Shown here: positions 7,388 through 12,169 of the stretch, piece by piece
How positions within the stretch are numbered: the first letter of the stretch is position 1
Layout of the letters: every line of letters starts with the position of its first letter
Assembly (NCBI GenBank): GCA_039801565.1
Contig: JBDRUX010000074.1
Span: 1-12,169 of the forward strand
Reading direction: 5' to 3'
Source of the DNA: a candidate division WOR-3 bacterium
GTDB taxonomy: Bacteria; Hydrothermota; Tepidihabitantia; Tepidihabitantales; JAOUPE01
Length of the DNA: 12,169 nt
Made by a program: the position numbers and the translations under genes
Notes under the pieces: generated by a model
What the model was told of the DNA's origin: nothing
Databases searched by the model: none
What the model saw: the letters and a program-made list of their open reading frames with translations, nothing else

Positions 7388-8564
7388 ATTGCCGGTTTTG
7401 CCAAAGCGCGGGATGCCAGCAAAAAAGATTCTTAAAGAACTTAACCAACGCCTCAAGGATGACCTTACTTATGATTCCGGTCGGATAATCGGTTCGATGT
7501 GCACGATGCCTAACCGATTCGCCCAAATGGTTTATGCGAAATATTTCGAAAAGAATTTAGGTGATAGGGGACTTTTTGTCCATACCGCGCAAATTGAAAA
7601 AGAAACAATCCAAATGCTGGGTTCTTTGCTTTCCTATCCGCCGGCTTGTGGCAATATTGTTTCAGGCGGCACCGAGGCTAATATTTTAGCATTATGGGCA
7701 GCTCGTAAATCAGCAAATTCAGCGCGGGACGAAATTATCCTGTCCCAAACTGCCCATTTCTGTTTTGATAAGGCGGCTGACCTGTTACGATTGAAATTAA
7801 TCAAGATTCCGCTCAATGCCAATTACCAAATTGATGTGGCAGAAGTGAAGAGAGCAGTTAATCCTAAGACCTTGGCAATTGTTGGGTTTGCTGGTAGTAC
7901 CGACTTAGGAGTTGTTGACCCAATCCCCGAACTTGCTGAAATCGCTTTGGCTAATAATTTACACCTTCACGTGGATGCTGCTTTTGGTGGTTTTATTTTG
8001 CCTTTCCTTAATGATAATTTTGCGATGCCGCCTTTTGATTTTCGATTAGACGGTGTCGGTTCGATTACGATTGACCCGCACAAGATGGGATTAGCACCAA
8101 TCCCAGCCGGTGCTATCCTTTTTCGTGACCCCAAAATTTATCAGCGAATTCAAGCCAAAGTCGGCTATCTGGCTGGTGGTGAATCACCACAAACCTTGCT
8201 TGGGACAAGACCGGGCGCTTCTGCAATCGCGGTTTGGTCTGTTCTGAAATACCTTGGATTTGATGGTTATAAAAAGATAGTTAACCGATGTATTAGATTG
8301 ACCCAGCAGTTGTTTGATGCGATTCAAACGATACCAGGGGTTAGTTGTGTCGCAAGACCAACGATGAATGTTATCGGTATCCAATCCGATACTATTGCAA
8401 TTACCGAGTTGGCTACTGCCTTGCGCCAAAAAGGTTGGGCAGTGTCATTATTCCCTAAGCATATCCGAATTGTCATAATGCCCCATATAAAATTAGTTCA
8501 TATTAATCGGTTTATTAAAGACCTAAAGGCAATAATGAAAAAGAATGCCAGAGGCATTACTTAA
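7368..8564 (+). CDS. mfnA: Group II PLP-dependent decarboxylase of the archaeal MfnA type; probable L-aspartate 1-decarboxylase supplying beta-alanine
   Basis: GRIIGSMCT, NLGDRGLF, SGGTEANI, AHFCFDKA, LHVDAAFGG, SITIDPHKMG (PLP lysine), GTRPG. GGAG lies 9 nt upstream of ATG 7368; alternative TTG starts at 7389 and 7398. Substrate is inferred from context. Confidence 0.88.
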   Translation: MPNIPTKLPVLPKRGMPAKKILKELNQRLKDDLTYDSGRIIGSMCTMPNRFAQMVYAKYFEKNLGDRGLFVHTAQIEKETIQMLGSLLSYPPACGNIVSGGTEANILALWAARKSANSARDEIILSQTAHFCFDKAADLLRLKLIKIPLNANYQIDVAEVKRAVNPKTLAIVGFAGSTDLGVVDPIPELAEIALANNLHLHVDAAFGGFILPFLNDNFAMPPFDFRLDGVGSITIDPHKMGLAPIPAGAILFRDPKIYQRIQAKVGYLAGGESPQTLLGTRPGASAIAVWSVLKYLGFDGYKKIVNRCIRLTQQLFDAIQTIPGVSCVARPTMNVIGIQSDTIAITELATALRQKGWAVSLFPKHIRIVIMPHIKLVHINRFIKDLKAIMKKNARGIT

Positions 8565-8574
8565 TTATAATGTT

Positions 8575-8644
8575 AACCGCAGAGAAAGCAGAGAAACCGG
8601 ATATTTAATTCCGAATCTTTGATGTCTTAGCGGCTTCTGCGGTT
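8575..8644. repeat. Imperfect 20-bp inverted repeat / stem-loop in the mfnA-coaC spacer
   Basis: AACCGCAGA (8575-8583) pairs perfectly with TCTGCGGTT (8636-8644), extending imperfectly to 8594/8625; inner CGGA/TCCG pair at 8598-8601/8610-8613. Confidence 0.75.
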
Positions 8645-8669
8645 TGGTATTTTGGTGAAAGGAGTTGAT

Positions 8670-9236
8670 ATGAGCCATCCATCGGAAGATATAATTGGGA
8701 CAAAAGGCTCGGAACTAAAGAATAAAAAGATTGTGTTAGGCATAACTGGTAGTGTTGCGGCAATAAAAAGTCCGGAGTTGGCAAGAGAGTTGATGCGCCA
8801 CGGCGCCACAGTCTTTCCGGTTATGACCAAAATGGCACAAAAAATTATCCAACCGGATTTGCTGGAATGGGCAACTGGTAATCCGGTGGTATTAGAGTTA
8901 ACCGGAAAAATTGAACACATCGGCTTGGCAACGATGGCTCATTTAATTTTGATTGCCCCGGCAACCGCCAACACCATTAGTAAGATTGCCTGTGGCATTG
9001 ATGACACGCCAGTGACTTCAGTGGTAACGGTAGCTTTTGGTCTTGGTAAGCCAATTTTTATTGTCCCGGCAATGCACGAGTCAATGTTCAAACATCCAAT
9101 CGTTGAAGAAAATATCCATCGGTTACGTGCCTTGGGTTGCGAATTTATTGCACCAGAAATCGAAGAAGGTAAAGCAAAAATAGCTTCGATTGAAAGGATT
9201 GTTCGGACAATAATTGATAAATTAAAAAATAAATGA
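8670..9236 (+). CDS. coaC: Phosphopantothenoylcysteine decarboxylase (stand-alone CoaC flavoprotein, archaeal-like); start re-called to ATG 8670
   Basis: AAGGAG (8659-8664) precedes ATG 8670. Motifs KIVLGITGSVAA, IEHI, IAPATANTISKIACGIDD, PAMHESM. Confidence 0.92.
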   Translation: MSHPSEDIIGTKGSELKNKKIVLGITGSVAAIKSPELARELMRHGATVFPVMTKMAQKIIQPDLLEWATGNPVVLELTGKIEHIGLATMAHLILIAPATANTISKIACGIDDTPVTSVVTVAFGLGKPIFIVPAMHESMFKHPIVEENIHRLRALGCEFIAPEIEEGKAKIASIERIVRTIIDKLKNK

Positions 9237-9889
9237 GACGACTTCGAATATTGGTGACCGCAGGACCGACTTACGAATATCTTGACCCGATTCGAATTAT
9301 TACCAATCCGAGTTCCGGCAAGATGGGAATCGCCTTGGCTAAAGCCGCGCACCGGCGTGGGGCAAAAGTTACACTTATTTATGGACCGGGTAGTGAAACT
9401 CCGCCACCTTATCTTAAAATCATCAATGTAAAAACAACGCAGGAGATGCACCGAGCAGTATTAAGTGAACTTAAAAAGCATAATTATGATGTTTGCTTCG
9501 CTACTGCTGCTTGTGCCGATTTTACGCCGGTGCGAACTTATACCAAAAAGCTCGTGTCGAATCGCAAGGTCACTTTAACCTTAAAGCCAACTCCAAAAAT
9601 CATTGATGATATAAAAAAAATTAGCCCCCAAACTTTCTTGGTTGCCTTTAAAGCTGAATACAATCGCCCAAAACGAGATTTAATCCAAGCCGGACGGAAA
9701 CGATTAAAATCAAGCCAAGCCGATTTGATTGTTGTCCAAGATGTCAGTAAGCCTGGGGTTGGTTTTCAATCCGATACCAATGAGGTCGATATAATTGATT
9801 CCCAAGAAAATGTCGTTCACATCGCTCGCCAAAAGAAGACCACAATCGCCCAAAAAATTGTTGATTTAGTTTTGACAAGATTAGCTTAA
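9233..9889 (+). CDS. coaB: Phosphopantothenate--cysteine ligase (stand-alone CoaB domain)
   Basis: ILVTAGPTYEYLDPIRIITNPSSGKMG, AACADF, PTPKII, VAFKAE, GFQSDTNEV. ATGA overlap with coaC. Confidence 0.93.
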   Translation: MRRLRILVTAGPTYEYLDPIRIITNPSSGKMGIALAKAAHRRGAKVTLIYGPGSETPPPYLKIINVKTTQEMHRAVLSELKKHNYDVCFATAACADFTPVRTYTKKLVSNRKVTLTLKPTPKIIDDIKKISPQTFLVAFKAEYNRPKRDLIQAGRKRLKSSQADLIVVQDVSKPGVGFQSDTNEVDIIDSQENVVHIARQKKTTIAQKIVDLVLTRLA

Positions 9890-9901
9890 GTTTTGGTTCT
9901 C

Positions 9902-9929
9902 TTGACATTTCCAAAGTCAATCTTATACT
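9902..9929 (+). promoter_or_regulatory. Putative sigma70 promoter (leaderless or very short leader) overlapped by a TTGAC-N9-GTCAA dyad
   Basis: TTGACA (9902-9907), 16 nt, TATACT (9924-9929), 6 nt, TTG (9936); GTCAA at 9916-9920. Confidence 0.7.
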
Positions 9930-9935
9930 AAATCG

Positions 9936-10613
9936 TTGAATATTATCTTATTGTTACTAACTTTTGCCCAGACGCAGTCAGCGGTTGATAAGTTTCTCGA
10001 TAACACCGCCCCTTATCTTGGTTATTTAATTAGTGGCTCGGAAATTCTGCCCAATGCAAAGTCAATCAATTTCGGCATTGAAGGAAATTACTTAGATTAT
10101 GAACTGGGTCATTACAATACAGTGGTTCACATTCCAACGCTTAATGGCTATTTGGCATTTAAGAGCGGTAACTTTGACCCATATTTGAAATTAGGGGTTT
10201 ACCCAAAGACAAATGTTACTAATAAAACCGTGCCTTTTTTTACGGTTGGTTCTAACCTAAGGCCAAAATTCTCAACCGCAGTCGTTTTCCATTTTGGCTA
10301 TAGCACTTTAATGCCATTAGAATATCTGCCGGGCGACCTTTATTACAATTATCACTACACCCAATTTCATACGCTTAATTTATCTTTAATTGGCTTTAAA
10401 AAAATTTCATCATTTGTCCCTTTTCTGGTAGTTGGTTTAATGCCGAGTTATGTTGCTGGTAAATTTCGAGTCGCTATAAACCGAACCGAAGAGGATTTCA
10501 ATAGATTTATCTTGGGTTGGCATATTGGTTTTGGTTTCAAACTATTCTTTGTCAAATTGAATGCCGAGTTGGTGAACCGGAGATTAGCAGCAAGTACAAT
10601 GATCAATCTATGA
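9936..10613 (+). CDS. Hypothetical exported protein, probable outer-membrane beta-barrel
   Basis: Signal-like N-terminus MNIILLLLTFAQ; alternating hydrophobic/aromatic strands (SINFGIEGNY, FHFGYS, GWHIGFGFKL). ATGA-coupled to the next gene. Confidence 0.7.
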   Translation: MNIILLLLTFAQTQSAVDKFLDNTAPYLGYLISGSEILPNAKSINFGIEGNYLDYELGHYNTVVHIPTLNGYLAFKSGNFDPYLKLGVYPKTNVTNKTVPFFTVGSNLRPKFSTAVVFHFGYSTLMPLEYLPGDLYYNYHYTQFHTLNLSLIGFKKISSFVPFLVVGLMPSYVAGKFRVAINRTEEDFNRFILGWHIGFGFKLFFVKLNAELVNRRLAASTMINL

Positions 10614-11566
10614 GAAGATATTTCGTTATAATTCTTATTCCACTGTTATTAAATGCCTTTACGCTATTTCAACCCGGCACAACCGGTTTTCAATTCCTAA
10701 AGTTAGGGGTTGGAGCAAGACCAGTGGCAATGGGTAGTGCCTATACTGCAGTGGCTGATGATGCCAATGCTTTATTTTGGAATCCAGCCGGACTTGGGAT
10801 GAGTGAATCGTTTCAAGGAACCTTAATGATTATGAACCTATTTCAATCCGTGACTTATACCAGTGCTGGTATCACAACACCACTTAACCGATTCATTAGT
10901 ACTGGGGTTGTCGGTTCTTATCTAACTGCTTCGGATGTTCGAAGGGACAATTTGGGTAACGAAGTCGGCACAATTCCAATATCGGATTTTTTAATTGGAC
11001 CAGGTTTGGCGATAACACCAATCGAAAATTTCAGTTTGGGCGGGGCAATAAAATTGTTGGGTAGTCGCCTTGACAACTATAAATCCTATGCGGTCTCATT
11101 TGACGCCGGTTTCATCTTTTCACCTATCCAATATCTCTATATTGGTTCTTCAATATTACATCTTGGCACACCACGGAAGTTCATTGCGAACTGGGAATAC
11201 CAGCCAACCAATTTCCGAGTCGGCATTGCTGGCAAATTGCCGATTTACGACCATAGTTTAGTGGTAGCCGTTGATGTTTCCGCTTATTCCGACAATCTAC
11301 CTACGATTAATATCGGAGCTGAAGCAAGATTTAAAATCACTCCCCTTATGAAAACTAAAACTCGTAACCAATGGTTGGCGGTTCGGGCCGGTTACCAATC
11401 CCAAACCAGTTATCAATTAGGTATCTATAACGGATTCTCAATTGGAATTGGTTATGAATACGAGATTGCTCCGAAGGTAGGTTTAGTTCTGGATGTTGTT
11501 TATCTATCCTATGGGTTTTTAGGTGATTCTGAACGGATTTCACTCTCCTTACACTATTCGCCTTAA
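10610..11566 (+). CDS. PorV/PorQ-family (FadL-like) outer-membrane beta-barrel protein; start re-called to ATG 10610
   Basis: Signal peptide MRRYFVIILIPLLLNA, family signature FLKLGVGARPVAMGSAYTAVADDANALFWNPAGL, amphipathic beta strands, C-terminal RISLSLHY. Confidence 0.85.
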   Translation: MRRYFVIILIPLLLNAFTLFQPGTTGFQFLKLGVGARPVAMGSAYTAVADDANALFWNPAGLGMSESFQGTLMIMNLFQSVTYTSAGITTPLNRFISTGVVGSYLTASDVRRDNLGNEVGTIPISDFLIGPGLAITPIENFSLGGAIKLLGSRLDNYKSYAVSFDAGFIFSPIQYLYIGSSILHLGTPRKFIANWEYQPTNFRVGIAGKLPIYDHSLVVAVDVSAYSDNLPTINIGAEARFKITPLMKTKTRNQWLAVRAGYQSQTSYQLGIYNGFSIGIGYEYEIAPKVGLVLDVVYLSYGFLGDSERISLSLHYSP

Positions 11567-11681
11567 GACATAGCGTCCACTTAATTTCTCAGAACACGAA
11601 TGAATTGAATAGCAGCGAATACTCGGAATGCTTTTAAATCATTTATTTTATTGAAATTGGGATTTAACTTTCTGATATTTC

Positions 11682-11996
11682 TTAGTTACCATTTTCATAG
11701 CGCATCACATCCTGTTCAATCTTTCTTTTTTTCGGTGGTGTCGGCAATTGTGCCATCATCTTTTCGTGTCGTTGCTTAAAATCAAGTGCATCTAATTCTT
11801 TAAAAAATTCGACCCAGGAAGCACCGCAAGCTCGAAGATAAAGAAGAATTACCCCTAAGGCTGGATTCTTTAATCTACCTTTTTCTAAATGTGAGATGTA
11901 ACTATCTTTCGTTTTCGATGACAATCCGATTCTTTCGGCAAGTTCGGTTTGGGACAACCCAGCATCTTCTCGGATTTTTCTTAAAATTTCTCCCAT
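11682..11996 (-). CDS. XRE-family helix-turn-helix transcriptional regulator, possibly frameshifted or truncated
   Basis: LRKIREDAGLSQTELAERIG...YISHLEKG..NP. No Shine-Dalgarno before ATG 11996. Confidence 0.8.
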   Translation of the reverse strand: MGEILRKIREDAGLSQTELAERIGLSSKTKDSYISHLEKGRLKNPALGVILLYLRACGASWVEFFKELDALDFKQRHEKMMAQLPTPPKKRKIEQDVMRYENGN

Positions 11997-12032
11997 TTCT
12001 TTAGTAAAAAAAGGACTTTTTACGCACGCAAT

Positions 12033-12041
12033 ATTATACCA
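12033..12041 (-). promoter_or_regulatory. Extended -10 promoter (TGnTATAAT) facing the XRE gene
   Basis: Minus strand TGGTATAAT (12041-12033); GTG at 12027 lies 5 nt downstream. Confidence 0.6.
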
Positions 12042-12060
12042 AAGGTTGAAATAAGTTATG

Positions 12061-12069
12061 TGCTATAAT
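12061..12069 (+). promoter_or_regulatory. Extended -10 promoter (TGnTATAAT), divergent from the XRE gene
   Basis: TGCTATAAT at 12061-12069, followed by AAGGA (12086-12090) and ATG 12096. Confidence 0.6.
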
Positions 12070-12095
12070 GTCTGCAAAATGGAGAAAGGATAAAT

Positions 12096-12169
12096 ATGAC
12101 GAGAAAACAGAAGAGACCCAGGGGTGGGAACACCCCTGGCGCCAAACCAAAAACTGGCCATTGTGTTCT
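12096..12169 (+). CDS. 5' end of a possible CDS running off the window (MTRKQKRPRGGNTPGAKPKTGHCV...)
   Basis: Promoter, SD-like AAGGA and ATG; frame open to the window end. Only 24 codons are visible. Confidence 0.4.
   Translation, partial: MTRKQKRPRGGNTPGAKPKTGHCV
12118..12139 (+). other. Perfect 9-bp GC-rich hairpin with GNRA tetraloop
   Basis: CCAGGGGTG-GGAA-CACCCCTGG; no U-tract on either side. Confidence 0.7.

Noticed and set aside
3925..9935. CoA operon as an intact mobile element
   Set aside because: No integrase, transposase, tRNA or flanking direct repeats were seen, and composition looks similar to the flanks by eye; any transfer is probably old.
10517..10609. Upstream extension of the PorV/PorQ ORF
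   Set aside because: Overlaps the previous gene; ATG 10610 gives an ATGA junction and a proper signal peptide.
1666..11543. Short nested or antisense ORFs (1666-1878, 2176-2391, 2383-2619, 4085-4294, 5371-5577, 5700-5962, 6794-7526, 7634-7822, 8184-8429, 8627-8920, 8939-9451, 11070-11261, 11355-11543)
   Set aside because: All lie mostly or wholly within well-supported genes and show no recognisable motifs or initiation signals.
11634..11667. Bidirectional terminator (TTAAATC...GATTTAA)
   Set aside because: The stem is AT-rich and interrupted, too weak to call.

Overview
AT-rich bacterial DNA, judged from sigma70-type TTGACA/TATAAT promoters, a YidD domain and a PorV/PorQ-like outer-membrane barrel. 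The core (4041-9889, +) is a compact seven-gene operon for the archaeal-type route to 4'-phosphopantetheine/coenzyme A: pantoate kinase, phosphopantothenate synthetase, ketopantoate reductase, PanB, a PLP-dependent MfnA-type aspartate decarboxylase, and split archaeal-style CoaC and CoaB. No panC, panD, coaA/coaX, coaD or coaE is in the window. A divergent operon (-) encodes a LarA-family nickel-pincer racemase, a YidD-TPR-membrane fusion and a paralogous TPR-membrane protein. The flanks hold a GC-rich 12-bp tandem array, a small membrane-anchored coiled-coil gene, two predicted outer-membrane proteins, a possibly frameshifted XRE regulator and several apparently leaderless promoters. All assignments come from motif recognition by eye; no database search was run.
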